Source: Limisphaerales bacterium
Lineage (GTDB): Bacteria; Verrucomicrobiota; Verrucomicrobiia; Limisphaerales; JAJOIW01
Length of the DNA stretch: 64,000 bases
NCBI GenBank assembly: GCA_965657355.1
Contig: CBFHOE010000009.1
Location: 1-64,000 of the forward strand
Direction of reading: 5' to 3'
The translations under genes and the position numbers were made by a program. The notes under the pieces were generated by a model, which saw only the letters and a program-made list of their open reading frames with translations, did not search any database and was not told the DNA's origin. Every line of letters begins with the position of its first letter. Position 1 is the stretch's first letter. Below, in pieces: positions 19,394 to 30,453 of the stretch.

Positions 19394-22051
19394 TTATTCC
19401 TCTTCAGTTGTCTTGGTTAAGATGATTTTACTCGTAGCGATTGTTCGAACAAGAGCTTGGTATGTACCCCCGGATTTTTGCCAAGAACTGTATATATTCT
19501 CGAGAACAGGAGCATCCGAAGCAACCAGTGGCCTGCCTATGGCAAACTGAACCGCTTTCCAGGCTATAGTCTGACGCACTCTCTCGCTGTCAGCTAGTAT
19601 GTCAGCCAATCGGATTAATTTGTCAAAAGAAATTGATCGTGACTGACCAGGAACTAAAACTTCGCCGTCTTCTCTCATGGTATTACCATGCTCGTCAGTA
19701 AGATGAAATGATCCAAGCCCATCAAATTTTTCAAAGCCAAAAGCAAGGGGCTCAAATTTTTCATGGCACCCGCCGCAGGATTTATTGTCGATACGCTGTT
19801 GGGCAATATTTCTTTGGCTAAGTCCTGCTTTAGACGGTTTTACCGTAGTATCGACGCAAGGAGGTGGGTCTTTGACAACACCTCTGAGGAATTCATGCAT
19901 AAGAAAGAGACCACGGGCCACCATTGACGCTTCATCTCCACCAACGGTCAGTAAACTTCCATGAGTGAAGATGCCGGACCGCCCCGTCTCGTTCGGCAAT
20001 TGGATTTTGAAGAATTCTGCAGCCTGAAGACCCTGGGGAATTAAATCTTCAGGGAGGCCATAATGTTTGGCTAATCGAGGCGTCACATAAGTAAATTTTG
20101 AATTGAAAATCTCATGAAGAGGACGTTTTTTCTCCCAGACCACATCAAGGAAAAATTTTAATGTTTCCTGACTCATATCAGACGCCAATACCGGATCCCA
20201 TTTAGGAAACCTTTTTGGATTAGGATTCATGTTGTTTAGCCGTCCTAAATTCAGCCATTCCGAGAGAAATTCTTTTGATCGCAGGATGGCTTTGGGGTCA
20301 CTCAGCATCCGGTCCACAGTCTGTAGAATTCCCTCATTATCAAGTAAATCTCCAGATTGGGCAGACTTGAGAAGCTCAAGGTCAGGGGCTGTCCCCCAAA
20401 CCAGGAAACTTAATCGAGAAGCCAATTCATATTCATCGACTGGCCATTGCGTTCCGTCTCCTTTTTGATTTTCAATTCTGTAAATGAAACGCGGTGATTG
20501 GAGCATGGCCTCTAGTATATAGCTTACGGCTTCCTCATAATTCCCTCCCGAACCTGCAACGGTAGTTGAAATACCTCTAAATAAAAAGAGCTCCCCTTTG
20601 TCTAAAGGACCACGTAAAACATATGCCCCCATTTTATTGATGAGCTCCCCCATTTGATTATCAGTGAAGCCAATTCTAGAGGAAAATTTCTTTGAAAATT
20701 CTTTGACATCCATTTTGCCAACGATGATGGAAGCGAGCTTGGCGAATGTCTCGACGTGCTTGAGGTCGACCCCTAAATTATAAGCAGTATTACTAAAACC
20801 GTCGGCACGTATATCTTTGGGCAATAGCTTTTTTGCTTCCTCTGAAATATCAACACCAGTTACCGATTTTACAGAATTAACGTATTCATTGACGGTTAGA
20901 CGGCGAACAACCTCTTGTCCTCCGTCCCGGCCGTGGACATAAAGAGCAGGGTCTATAAACTCAAAACTCCATACGGCTCCATCATTAATCCACTTTTTTA
21001 AAATAGCTTTTTCATCATCTGATAGGAGCTCCCTTTCATCAGGCATCTCATCGTGTAAAACAGACAAAAAAAGTTCACTCTTGTCAGCTTGACCAGGAAC
21101 GATTGTGTCACCACTTTCACCGCCAGCAAGGGCATGCTGCTTTCGAGACAGATCCAATTTTCCTTTTTGGTTGCTTGCGTCATGACATTCCAGACAATGT
21201 TTGGCAATTACTGGGGCGACTTGAGTTTCAAAGAATATTTCCTTGGGTGATTTAGCGACTTGAACGGGCATTTTAGCAGGAGCTCCGACGTTATGTCCGG
21301 CTTTAAAGTGCTTTTTGATGGTCTCGGTAGAGAGAGCCTTGTCATATACTGCTAAAAGGAAGACATTCCCTTTCCACTGGCGCCCACCAGAAATTTCATC
21401 ACCGACAGCAACGCGATAATTATCATTCCAATTATTAAGATTTCCATCAACTTTGGAGTGACCAACCTTCACTCCATTGAGATGTATACTAGTTTTTCCT
21501 GACCTTGATTTTGTGTAAACGACGTGAACAACTTTCGTATTGGCTAATACATTTTTTGCGGAAGTTGAGGGAATGCCATTCCCACTCGTTTTTGTAGTTC
21601 TAAGCCTGACGTCTATGTCGTCGCCTTCCTGGCCTAATGTAAAATTCCTTTGGGATCCATTCTGGGAAAAAGTCAATACTCGCGCGGGGCCACCCTGATT
21701 AAGTGTTGCTGGCTGTATCCAGGCCTCGATAGATAATTCACCTGATTTTTTCACCGCTGTGGATAAACCTTTAGCATTTCCATGGGATACTAATTTACCC
21801 CCGTTTATTCTAAGCCCACCATGAATCCTCTTAAACTTTTTAGGATTATCCATTTTGAGGTGGAGAGGAGCGCGTGCATGACCTGATCGGTCTTTCACAA
21901 AAGGCCCCGACACCTCACTAAAATCATAATACAAAACAAGATTGTCCTGGCTACGGAGAGGCAATTCTTCGGATCTAATTTCTACGGCTACAAGAAAACA
22001 ACAAAAAATTAAAATGGATGCACTGAGTTTTCGAAATCGTTTTATAAACAT
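19394..22051 (-). CDS. DUF1592-family protein: LamG + planctomycete cytochrome c + PSD3/PSD5/PSD4/PSCyt3/PSD2
   Basis: Signal peptide; LamG-like region (SIEAWIQP, HVVYT, LNG); CLECH; RRLTVNEY; SPRFIYR; ELASRLSF; CGGCH...EPLAFGFEKFD. Confidence 0.88.
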   Translation of the reverse strand: MFIKRFRKLSASILIFCCFLVAVEIRSEELPLRSQDNLVLYYDFSEVSGPFVKDRSGHARAPLHLKMDNPKKFKRIHGGLRINGGKLVSHGNAKGLSTAVKKSGELSIEAWIQPATLNQGGPARVLTFSQNGSQRNFTLGQEGDDIDVRLRTTKTSGNGIPSTSAKNVLANTKVVHVVYTKSRSGKTSIHLNGVKVGHSKVDGNLNNWNDNYRVAVGDEISGGRQWKGNVFLLAVYDKALSTETIKKHFKAGHNVGAPAKMPVQVAKSPKEIFFETQVAPVIAKHCLECHDASNQKGKLDLSRKQHALAGGESGDTIVPGQADKSELFLSVLHDEMPDERELLSDDEKAILKKWINDGAVWSFEFIDPALYVHGRDGGQEVVRRLTVNEYVNSVKSVTGVDISEEAKKLLPKDIRADGFSNTAYNLGVDLKHVETFAKLASIIVGKMDVKEFSKKFSSRIGFTDNQMGELINKMGAYVLRGPLDKGELFLFRGISTTVAGSGGNYEEAVSYILEAMLQSPRFIYRIENQKGDGTQWPVDEYELASRLSFLVWGTAPDLELLKSAQSGDLLDNEGILQTVDRMLSDPKAILRSKEFLSEWLNLGRLNNMNPNPKRFPKWDPVLASDMSQETLKFFLDVVWEKKRPLHEIFNSKFTYVTPRLAKHYGLPEDLIPQGLQAAEFFKIQLPNETGRSGIFTHGSLLTVGGDEASMVARGLFLMHEFLRGVVKDPPPCVDTTVKPSKAGLSQRNIAQQRIDNKSCGGCHEKFEPLAFGFEKFDGLGSFHLTDEHGNTMREDGEVLVPGQSRSISFDKLIRLADILADSERVRQTIAWKAVQFAIGRPLVASDAPVLENIYSSWQKSGGTYQALVRTIATSKIILTKTTEEE

Positions 22052-22090
22052 GGCAAATTTTGGTTCACTCTTTTTGATTGAGTAAAAAAT

Positions 22091-23602
22091 CTATTTAGAA
22101 ATAGGACTAGTCCGATATGAATTCCTAATTCGTTTTAAGCCCATTGATAGTTTTCTTACCATTTCTGGCTTTTCCGCTGCTAAATTTTCCTTTTGACCAG
22201 GATCTATTTTTATATTGTAAAGTTCGGATTCGAGTCCGTTATCTTTGGGATAGTTACGAGCGAGTTCCCATTCTTTGTTGCGGCCACTTGAATACCCATC
22301 TTTTGATTCAATGAGTACCCATTCACCAAACCGAAAAGCAAATTTATTGGCATAGGTATTGTGAACATGAGACTCACGCGCAGTCTTCGAATGGCCTAAT
22401 AAAACCGGAAGTAAATTCATTGAATCTTCAGCAGCTTCCTTGGGCAATTTAAAATTAATGACCTCGGCAATAGTTGCCATGATGTCTATTTGAGAAACCA
22501 GGCCATCAAAAGTTTGGCCACCTTTTATTTTGTTTGGCCACTTGACGAGAAAGGGAACGTGATGCCCACCCTCGTATATGTCCCGCTTTAGACCTCTAAA
22601 GGGTTCAGCGGACCAATGGTCAAATTTTTCGGATCGTGCATATGCATATTTCTCCGGCCCATTATCAGCTGTAAAGATCACTATCGTGTTATCAGCTTGC
22701 CCGGAGTTTTCGAGGGCCTTTATTATTCTTCCAACAGAAGCATCCGTTTGAACGATGAAATCACCATACGGTCCAGCTTGACTCGTCCCATCAAATTCAT
22801 CCGTAGGAATAATCGGGGCATGGGGGCATGGAAATGGAAAATAAAGAAAAAATGGTTTTTTATTTCCTTTTCGTTTCTCTATGAATGCCTCTGATTTTTT
22901 TGTCAGAGTGGGAAATACAGCATATGGATCCCAGTCCGCAACCATTGGCCCAGGACGACATTCCCAGCGACCTTCTTTTATAGGCCTCCACTTCGTCGTA
23001 TCCATCATACAGTCCGGAGCTTGAACCAATTTGTCATTTTCAATCCACGCATATGGGGGGAAATTAATGACGGTGTCGCCAAAGTAATAATCGAAACCAT
23101 GAGCTAATGGCCCATCTGGAATTTGCTTTGTCCAATCAAAATCTGAAAAATGATTTCTAAACCGCCCTTTGTCATTGGCTGACTTGGTGCGCAGTGGCGA
23201 CCAGTCCCACCCGAGGTGCCATTTACCAATGCAAGCTGTGTCATAACCACGCTTTTTTAACATTTCTGGTAAAGTGAGCCTCTCTGAAGAAAACGCAGAT
23301 TTACCAAAGACTCCGACAATTCCGTGAAATTTTCTCCAGTGGTATCTTCCAGTCAGTAAGGCGTAACGCGAAGGGGTACAAATCCCGGAGCTACTATGAC
23401 CGTCGGAAAACCGAATACCTTGGGAAGCTAACCGATCAAGGTTTGGTGTTTTAATTTTGCTATTGGGGTTCTGCGATGAAATATCCCCGTAGCCCATATC
23501 ATCTGCGTACAGGATGACAATATTGGGCAAATCCGCAGAAATGGCTTTTGTAAAAAAAACAAAAGATGCTAGAACAAAAAAAGCAGGCTTGAGACATCTC
23601 AT
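22091..23602 (-). CDS. Arylsulfatase (S1)
   Basis: [29 protein letters not shown] and YEGGHHVPF motifs. Confidence 0.95.
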   Translation of the reverse strand: MRCLKPAFFVLASFVFFTKAISADLPNIVILYADDMGYGDISSQNPNSKIKTPNLDRLASQGIRFSDGHSSSGICTPSRYALLTGRYHWRKFHGIVGVFGKSAFSSERLTLPEMLKKRGYDTACIGKWHLGWDWSPLRTKSANDKGRFRNHFSDFDWTKQIPDGPLAHGFDYYFGDTVINFPPYAWIENDKLVQAPDCMMDTTKWRPIKEGRWECRPGPMVADWDPYAVFPTLTKKSEAFIEKRKGNKKPFFLYFPFPCPHAPIIPTDEFDGTSQAGPYGDFIVQTDASVGRIIKALENSGQADNTIVIFTADNGPEKYAYARSEKFDHWSAEPFRGLKRDIYEGGHHVPFLVKWPNKIKGGQTFDGLVSQIDIMATIAEVINFKLPKEAAEDSMNLLPVLLGHSKTARESHVHNTYANKFAFRFGEWVLIESKDGYSSGRNKEWELARNYPKDNGLESELYNIKIDPGQKENLAAEKPEMVRKLSMGLKRIRNSYRTSPISK

Positions 23603-23608
23603 CCCAGG

Positions 23609-24760
23609 TTAATTATTTAGAGTTTTAATTCTTTCTGGAATGGAACCATCACCAGTTAATTCCCCCTCTAGAATCCAAGATAAATTATATCGGGCAACAG
23701 TAGCACCGCCTTTTGGCCCACCCTCAAAATGATGGTAAATCCATCCCTCACTAGCCGTACCTGGCCGGCCTGCATTCAAAGCCGAATATCCATGTGGACC
23801 ATCGTAAACCAACCTCTTAACAGGCCAGGTTTTACCACCATCAAAGCTGGCCCAGACCGTACCTTTTTCGCGGCGAGCATTAGGCGTATCTATGTTGCTG
23901 AATATAAGAATATCTCTTCCTTTCAAAGGAAGCCGAACTAGGCCACCCATACATCCGTAGGAACGGTGCTGGTGTCCATCCGGGAGAATATCAATGATTT
24001 TCCAATGGCTCCAAGTTCTCCCACCATCATAACTAAGGGCGCTTCGCCGACGAGTATTCTTTGGCCTTTCTTGCCAATGAACTCTGGAGTTGTAATAAAG
24101 CACTCCATTGGAGAGTTCGACAATACAGGCTTCCCCGGTTCCGTTCTCAGGAAATGGATCGCTGGTATGCCAAGTTAAACCATGGTCATCACTAAATACA
24201 GCATTGGTGTAATGATTTGGCCATTCCTCCCTGGCATTCTTTTTACCATAATATCGAGATGGCCGTATGAGTCTGCCTTTATGTTTTCCATGACGCAGGG
24301 TAATGCCATGTTCGTTCATATGCATCGATGGGAGGTTTCCGTTTGAATCTTTAATGAAAAGAGAATCCTGTTTTTCCCAAGTCTTTCCATCGTCTTTTGA
24401 CCGGTAGACGATAACCGGAGCCGGCGGATGATGCGCCTCAATAAAAGTAAGAATATCTCCCGTTGCCTCGTCAACGGTTAATCCACCGCCTTGAAAGCCT
24501 GGATCTGCAATGGTAATGGCTTCTCCCCAGGTTTGACCACCGTCTTCGCTTCTTCGACAAATAACACTTTTGTTTCCCCAGGTGGCAATGACCGTTCCTT
24601 GAGTGGATACTGCAATATTAGGAAATCTTTCCCCTTTGAAAAGTTGTTGCATCTGTAGGGTAGGTTTTCCCAAGAATGAATTTATAGAACCTTCAAACGG
24701 GTTGTCAGCCATTAAGCTGGCTGAACTCAAAACATATAATATCAAAAATATCCTTTGCAT
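23609..24760 (-). CDS. GH33-like sialidase (Asp-box beta-propeller)
   Basis: RFP (RIP-like) motif; five Asp boxes (SEDGGQTW, SKDDGKTW, SDDHGLTW, SYDGGRTW, SFDGGKTW); GEAC, NSR and GYS. Confidence 0.85.
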   Translation of the reverse strand: MQRIFLILYVLSSASLMADNPFEGSINSFLGKPTLQMQQLFKGERFPNIAVSTQGTVIATWGNKSVICRRSEDGGQTWGEAITIADPGFQGGGLTVDEATGDILTFIEAHHPPAPVIVYRSKDDGKTWEKQDSLFIKDSNGNLPSMHMNEHGITLRHGKHKGRLIRPSRYYGKKNAREEWPNHYTNAVFSDDHGLTWHTSDPFPENGTGEACIVELSNGVLYYNSRVHWQERPKNTRRRSALSYDGGRTWSHWKIIDILPDGHQHRSYGCMGGLVRLPLKGRDILIFSNIDTPNARREKGTVWASFDGGKTWPVKRLVYDGPHGYSALNAGRPGTASEGWIYHHFEGGPKGGATVARYNLSWILEGELTGDGSIPERIKTLNN

Positions 24761-24864
24761 AATGAAATATAATTAAGTGGAGCTATTCGGAATTGGTCAA
24801 GGTTAGCGAAAAACCAAAAGGAAATCCAATGAATAAGGTCTACAAATGAGAAAAAATCTACAAA

Positions 24865-26556
24865 TCAAGATGAGCAGCTATAGTGGGAAATGCCACCGGT
24901 TTGAAAATAACTTTTCGGTTTCAAACGGTAATATTTTTCTTCAATTTCTCTAGATTGTTCATCATACGGGGAATTCAGCACCTCCTGAATTTCTTTCACA
25001 AGTGAGTAATCACCTTGCATAGCTTGCTCATAAGCGGGCACGATCAACCACTCTCTCCACGTATATTTGGGGTTTACCAACTTCATCTTGCTGGAAATTT
25101 CATTCAAACTGAAATCATCAGGGAGTAGATCTCGCCAGCTGAGCAACCACGATTGCCATTGATCCAAAAGGTCTTGAGAAGCTTTATTATAAAAGCTCAT
25201 TGTTAATGATCTGACATCGTCGGGTATTTTTGATAGTTCACGGAAGAAAATCGTGTAGTCGACATTCGATTGCCCCATCAACTGGAATAAATTTTTCAAA
25301 AGATGTGGGTCCATTTTATTCAACCCAAGTTTGGCAGCCCACATTTTTTGGAGTTGGTTTTGTATGATGCTGGGAAAGTCATTGCGGATTTCATCAAATT
25401 TGTCACAGGCTTCAGTATCTCCATCAAGTAGAGGACGCAAAGCAGTCCAAAACATGTGAAAATTTGCTTCTGCAGCAATGGGTTGATTAAAGAAGGAAAA
25501 GTGTTCACCACCACCAGTCCAAGGTTGAAATTTTGGGTCGAACATTTCACAAAAACCAAATGGACCGTAATCGAGAGTGAAGCCACCAGTAGCACAATTA
25601 TCACTATTGAAATTTCCCTGGCAATATCCAACACGCAGCCAATCAGCCACGAGCTTTACCAAGCGTTGCCTAAATAATTGTGCTAACTCCACCAACTGGT
25701 CTGCAAAGGAAATGTTTTGATCGATATCTCTTTTGTATTCCCGCTCAATCAAATGCATCACGATCATGCGCAATTCCTCTAATGCCTTTGAGTGAGCATC
25801 ACTGCGGGCGCGGCGGGCAAATAATTCAATTTGCCCTACTCGCAGAAAGGATGGCGCTACGCGAGTTGAAATTGCGATTGGATTATCTATCAATATATCT
25901 GGTTCGTAAGAGCAAGAGTCCTTGGAATACCAAGGTCGAGATACAGTCTCTGATTTTGAAACGTACAAGGTGAGGGAGCGTGATGTAGCCACACCCAATG
26001 CGTGCATGTATTCTTGGACCAAAAACTCTCGTACGCTGGAACGCAAAACGGCACGCCCATCAGCCCCACGGCAATAAGGCGTTGGCCCCCCACCCTTTAA
26101 TTGCATCTCCCAGCGACTGTCATTAATTATTCCTTCGAAAACTGAAATCGCCCGGCCATCTCCATATCCATTACCATCACCAAACGGACATTGTCGGGTG
26201 TATTCGGTGCCATAAATGGAAAGGGCATACCCGGTCGCCCAGCCAAAAGGTCGCATGGGTGCATGGTCAAAAGATAAATCTCCAGAAAAGACCTTTTTAA
26301 ATTTCTCATCGTGAACCAACTTGTCGCTCATTCCAAGTTCGTTGAAAAAAACACTGCTGTGGGTTACATACTCAGGATCTTTGATTGGCGTAGGCATGAC
26401 TGGCACGAAGTGGCCGGAAAAAACCTGACGTGGCCTGCGGTCGTCCCCATCTTCGGTCGCTTCAGGGTCGGCATTTAGATTATCCATAAGAGAATAATCA
26501 ACCGACATTGCAAATTCATCAAAAGTGGTGATCGAAGGTTCAGATTGATTTAACAT
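24865..26556 (-). CDS. selO: Protein adenylyltransferase SelO/YdiU (Cys form)
   Basis: [46 protein letters not shown] and VDYTIFFR motifs; C-terminal CSS. Confidence 0.93.
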   Translation of the reverse strand: MLNQSEPSITTFDEFAMSVDYSLMDNLNADPEATEDGDDRRPRQVFSGHFVPVMPTPIKDPEYVTHSSVFFNELGMSDKLVHDEKFKKVFSGDLSFDHAPMRPFGWATGYALSIYGTEYTRQCPFGDGNGYGDGRAISVFEGIINDSRWEMQLKGGGPTPYCRGADGRAVLRSSVREFLVQEYMHALGVATSRSLTLYVSKSETVSRPWYSKDSCSYEPDILIDNPIAISTRVAPSFLRVGQIELFARRARSDAHSKALEELRMIVMHLIEREYKRDIDQNISFADQLVELAQLFRQRLVKLVADWLRVGYCQGNFNSDNCATGGFTLDYGPFGFCEMFDPKFQPWTGGGEHFSFFNQPIAAEANFHMFWTALRPLLDGDTEACDKFDEIRNDFPSIIQNQLQKMWAAKLGLNKMDPHLLKNLFQLMGQSNVDYTIFFRELSKIPDDVRSLTMSFYNKASQDLLDQWQSWLLSWRDLLPDDFSLNEISSKMKLVNPKYTWREWLIVPAYEQAMQGDYSLVKEIQEVLNSPYDEQSREIEEKYYRLKPKSYFQTGGISHYSCSS

Positions 26557-26702
26557 TAAGATTTTTTTACGTATGGAATGAGTTGTCCAATATCAAATTA
26601 TGACACCTGATGTCCGAGATAAAAATGTCGGACCATCAAATATTGATTCTTTGTGTAGGCTGTAATTTATCATCAGAATAAATCTTTGTCATAAATATAT
26701 GC

Positions 26703-28229
26703 TTATGGCCGCATGTCTACCTTCCACCCCTTAGTTGTGATTCTTCCATAATAAGGGTAGTAATCCCAATTGATTTCGCCCCCAACAACTCGAGGGTCAT
26801 TAGTTTTATTTAATCTATCAAATAATCGTTTACGCATTGATTCCTGCACCCTGCCCCATCCAATTGAACCGGCAAGATTGTTCATTTGCCAAGTATCGGA
26901 GGGAATGTGATACAACTCCTCAGCTGGCCGCATACCAAATGATAAAGCAAATAGCCGAGAAAATTGATCTGAGTCGCGGTTATCCATCATAAAAGTCTTA
27001 GTGGGCGAAGAATCGACCTCACCGAAAGGAATGGATCGAGCGCAAACAGACGGATCTGGGGATCCTGAAGGCCAGCGAGATGGTTCAAAATTATAAATGT
27101 AGAGGTAATCTTTTGTTCTTATGGCGCGGCAAGGATACCCCTTTCCTCCTTTACGACATCCATCGTGTCTTTCCATTGCTATAAAAGCAGCATCTCTTTC
27201 TAAAATTGCATTTCTCCCTTTAAATATTTCCATCAAACTCTGCCCAGTCATTGATTTTGGAATTTTTATACCGGCAGCATCCAAAAAAGTCGGCGCCAAG
27301 TCACTGAGGTTAATAACTGATGATATCTCTCGCCCCGATTGCTGTATACCAGCGGGCCATCTAATAGCCAGAGGCACTCTTGTTCCAGCGTCGTATAAAC
27401 TAGCCTTAGCCCTAGGGAAAGGCATTCCGTGATCGCTAGTTATCACCACAATTGTGTTTTCAAGCAAACCGACCTTTTCGAGTGCCGCCAATGCTTTTGA
27501 AACCATTTGATCAAAATGTTCAATCTCTATTATATAATCTAAAATATCATCTCTCACTATATCGTTGTCGGGCAAGAAATCTGGCACGCTTACTTTTGCT
27601 GGATCCTTCCCCGATTTACGACCCGAACCTTTTTCAAACCAGCGATGAGGCTCAAAGGATCCCAACCAAAAACAAAATGGCTGACTATCCTGAACCTTGG
27701 TGAGAAAATTTTCAAAATTCCCTCCATAGTCAGTCCTATTAATCCCTTTGTAGTTGGGCTTATTGGTCATACCTTGGTATAGCTCACCTGCTGGATTTTG
27801 TGTTCTTCCCCCCGGCTCCAAGCGACCTGGCGACCACCCTTTCCCTGTGTAACCCACTTTGTAACCCACATCTTTCAACATTTCTGTGTAGGTTATAAAT
27901 TTTGAGGGTAAGGTGCTGTGGATATTCCCACCTTCCTCAAGTCGCCAAATTGATTGTCCAGTTAAAATCGAGCTACGGGATGGGCCACACGTAGGGGCAT
28001 CACAGAAGGCATGGATAAAGCGCAGCCCTTCGCGAGCCACCCTATCAAATGCCGGTGTTTGTATGACAGGATCGCCATTTGTAGTCGTATGGGTATAGGA
28101 CTGGTCGTCGGATATGCAGAACAATATATTTGGCCGTTTGGAATATCGCAAATCTTGTTCGGCGGACAATTTCGACACAAAAATTATCGCACTTATCAAA
28201 GAAAATCTAATAACTATTGAAAGGATCAT
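26703..28229 (-). CDS. Sulfatase (N-sulfoglucosamine sulfohydrolase-like)
   Basis: ISDDQS, CGPSRSSILTG, GKGWSPG and SDHGMPFPRAK motifs. Confidence 0.93.
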   Translation of the reverse strand: MILSIVIRFSLISAIIFVSKLSAEQDLRYSKRPNILFCISDDQSYTHTTTNGDPVIQTPAFDRVAREGLRFIHAFCDAPTCGPSRSSILTGQSIWRLEEGGNIHSTLPSKFITYTEMLKDVGYKVGYTGKGWSPGRLEPGGRTQNPAGELYQGMTNKPNYKGINRTDYGGNFENFLTKVQDSQPFCFWLGSFEPHRWFEKGSGRKSGKDPAKVSVPDFLPDNDIVRDDILDYIIEIEHFDQMVSKALAALEKVGLLENTIVVITSDHGMPFPRAKASLYDAGTRVPLAIRWPAGIQQSGREISSVINLSDLAPTFLDAAGIKIPKSMTGQSLMEIFKGRNAILERDAAFIAMERHDGCRKGGKGYPCRAIRTKDYLYIYNFEPSRWPSGSPDPSVCARSIPFGEVDSSPTKTFMMDNRDSDQFSRLFALSFGMRPAEELYHIPSDTWQMNNLAGSIGWGRVQESMRKRLFDRLNKTNDPRVVGGEINWDYYPYYGRITTKGWKVDMRP

Positions 28230-28352
28230 TTTAATTTTTTATTTACCTATTTTTGAAAGCCGCATCAAATCGATAGTCAAAGAAAAAATACGACAAACCA
28301 AATCACAGATTGGAGCATATCTAACAAAGTCGATAAGGTTCATTCATTAAAT

Positions 28353-29249
28353 TTAATATTTTGGGCCAATGTATTCAGTGGCGACGACAAGATCATCAAA
28401 ATAAACAATATTTATTTTATTTTTGGTCCATCGATCTGTGACATAGCTTTCCAAAGTGAGAGCATTTGCCATGAGAGAAGAATTTGTTCTCCAGCTAATC
28501 CCCCTCCAATGCCCTTTTAGCTCACCATTAATCCAAAAGGCTTGCTCACCATCTCTCTTACCCGGGTTATTATGGAGCATCATAAATTCAGCACAAATCC
28601 ATTCACTTTTTTTAATATTACTCTGGACCTTTGGCTTAAAACTGTTGCCCCAATATTTACCATCTGGACTCGGTTTCATTTCATGCCAGTAGCTATAGAA
28701 GTTCCATTTACCTGGAGCCGGGTTACGACCCCAGTTGCCCCAAGGTTCTAGAGCAGTTGAGAACCTCATTGACCCGTTTGGTTTCAGTCCAGCCCCTCCG
28801 AATCCACTCCATCGTCCCCGACCTGTTAATGACTTGTTTCCGCGAAGAGTTACAAAGTGATGTATATAATCTGAAGAAGAATCAAACTTGGTATAGAATC
28901 TCACAAAAAGTTTATCACTGGACTTGAACCACTTTGTCAATCCGCCTCCGGTATTCACACCAAGCGACGCAGTCACTTTTAAACACCCCATCCCAAGACT
29001 ATCATTTTCAGGGTCAACAATGGATAAAACTTGTCCTTCAGGGTCTCTCGCTTCATCCCAGCGGCTCTTGAAACCAGGTAGCTCAAAATTTTCCAAAAAG
29101 ATGACCGAAGGATGTTTCACGAGATCAGATGAAGATTTTAATTTACCAGCCAAACCTTTCCCTTCAGAGAGCTCTGCCTTCAGGGAAACAAGAGAAATAC
29201 AGACTACTGAAATGATATACGAAATTAAAATAAAAGTATTAAGTCTCAT
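28353..29249 (-). CDS. Exported hypothetical protein, possibly a beta-jelly-roll (polysaccharide lyase-like) fold
   Basis: Signal peptide; VIFLENFE, FVRFYTKF, FYSYW, WICAEFMM, DGEQAFWING and FDDLVVATEYIGP; Trp/Gly-rich. Confidence 0.7.
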   Translation of the reverse strand: MRLNTFILISYIISVVCISLVSLKAELSEGKGLAGKLKSSSDLVKHPSVIFLENFELPGFKSRWDEARDPEGQVLSIVDPENDSLGMGCLKVTASLGVNTGGGLTKWFKSSDKLFVRFYTKFDSSSDYIHHFVTLRGNKSLTGRGRWSGFGGAGLKPNGSMRFSTALEPWGNWGRNPAPGKWNFYSYWHEMKPSPDGKYWGNSFKPKVQSNIKKSEWICAEFMMLHNNPGKRDGEQAFWINGELKGHWRGISWRTNSSLMANALTLESYVTDRWTKNKINIVYFDDLVVATEYIGPKY

Positions 29250-29946
29250 TTGGCATCATGTTCATCTTTTTATCCATCATAGCAAGCATTTCCGCCGTGG
29301 CTTCCGGCAAATTACTCCATCAATATGATTAAAAACCAAGCATTTAAGTATTTGAGAGAATTCCGCATAGATTTATTTAGTGGGAAAAATAAAATGACCT
29401 CAAAAATAACAAAACTATTGTTGTTCGTATTTGTTATCTTGACCAAGGTTTCTTTTTTTCTCCAGTCCATCCCCTTCAAAAAAACGTATATGGGTGACCA
29501 GAGGGCATAGATCGAATTTGATCTACAAGTATGTTGTTAATATTTAATCCAAACCTAATAATTATTTGAATATTCTCAGCGCGAGTCTCATGCTATAGGC
29601 AGGCCATTTACCTTTCTTAAAATAGGGTATCCTATCGCATCGACGCCCAAACTTCACCACTAAGAGGCCAGATACCAAAAGCGTCACGATTGCAGGACTA
29701 TGGACAATGCCATTTCCGATGATTAGGAAAAATGAAGTCAGCCCATCTTGAGGCATATACGGCAACACTCACTGATAAAGCGACATACAATATGAGAAGG
29801 AATAACCGACTTACGCGAACTAGGGTCTTTCATTACAATTTGAAACTTTGCCTGTAGGCTATCCCTGCTCATGAGCTACCTCGCAATCTTGATTGCTTCT
29901 TTCGGGATAACATGAGGAAAGATGACTTCTCGAATTAATTTCTTCA

Positions 29947-30453
29947 TTAATTATTCCAGGGAGCTTTTGCCAGCAGGAGCTCCATTCCACAAATATTAGT
30001 GACACCAGCGAAAACCAAGCCAGCGCCCACAAAGCCAGACAAACCAATCAAGGCCTGATTCACAGTTATGGAAAGGATGACACCAATGAGAACAAGAAGG
30101 CCGGCGACAATTCTGATTTGTCTTTCCAATGAAATGATCCTCTTGCTTTCCGATACTTCCATACCTTCTTTGTGGCAAAGGTCTGTTCCACCTTCAACAT
30201 GATCGACATTTTCATATCCGGCGGCCTTTAAAAGACTCATTGCTTTTTCAGAACGAGCTCCACTTTTGCATATGAATATAATTAATTTGTCTTTACTAAA
30301 AACGCCTTCCGATTCTTTGCTCTCGATATCATCAAGTGGGATATGCTGGGCATGAAGAAGGTGGCGGCTTTGAAATTCAATTTTAGTTCTGACATCGCAG
30401 AGGAAAACCTCGTTACCTTTATCTATTATGTTTTTTAACTCTGCTGGCTTCAT
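29947..30453 (-). CDS. Rhodanese domain + DUF2892 membrane protein (YgaP-like)
   Basis: DVRT...EF, active-site CKSGARS, and C-terminal LERQIRIVAG...TNICGM with two TM helices. Confidence 0.9.
   Translation of the reverse strand: MKPAELKNIIDKGNEVFLCDVRTKIEFQSRHLLHAQHIPLDDIESKESEGVFSKDKLIIFICKSGARSEKAMSLLKAAGYENVDHVEGGTDLCHKEGMEVSESKRIISLERQIRIVAGLLVLIGVILSITVNQALIGLSGFVGAGLVFAGVTNICGMELLLAKAPWNN

Noticed and set aside
24865..24876. TGA stop after CSS in selO as possible selenocysteine read-through
   Set aside because: In SelO the Sec occupies the position of the Cys in C/U-S-S. Here that codon is already Cys, and TGA is at the normal terminus.
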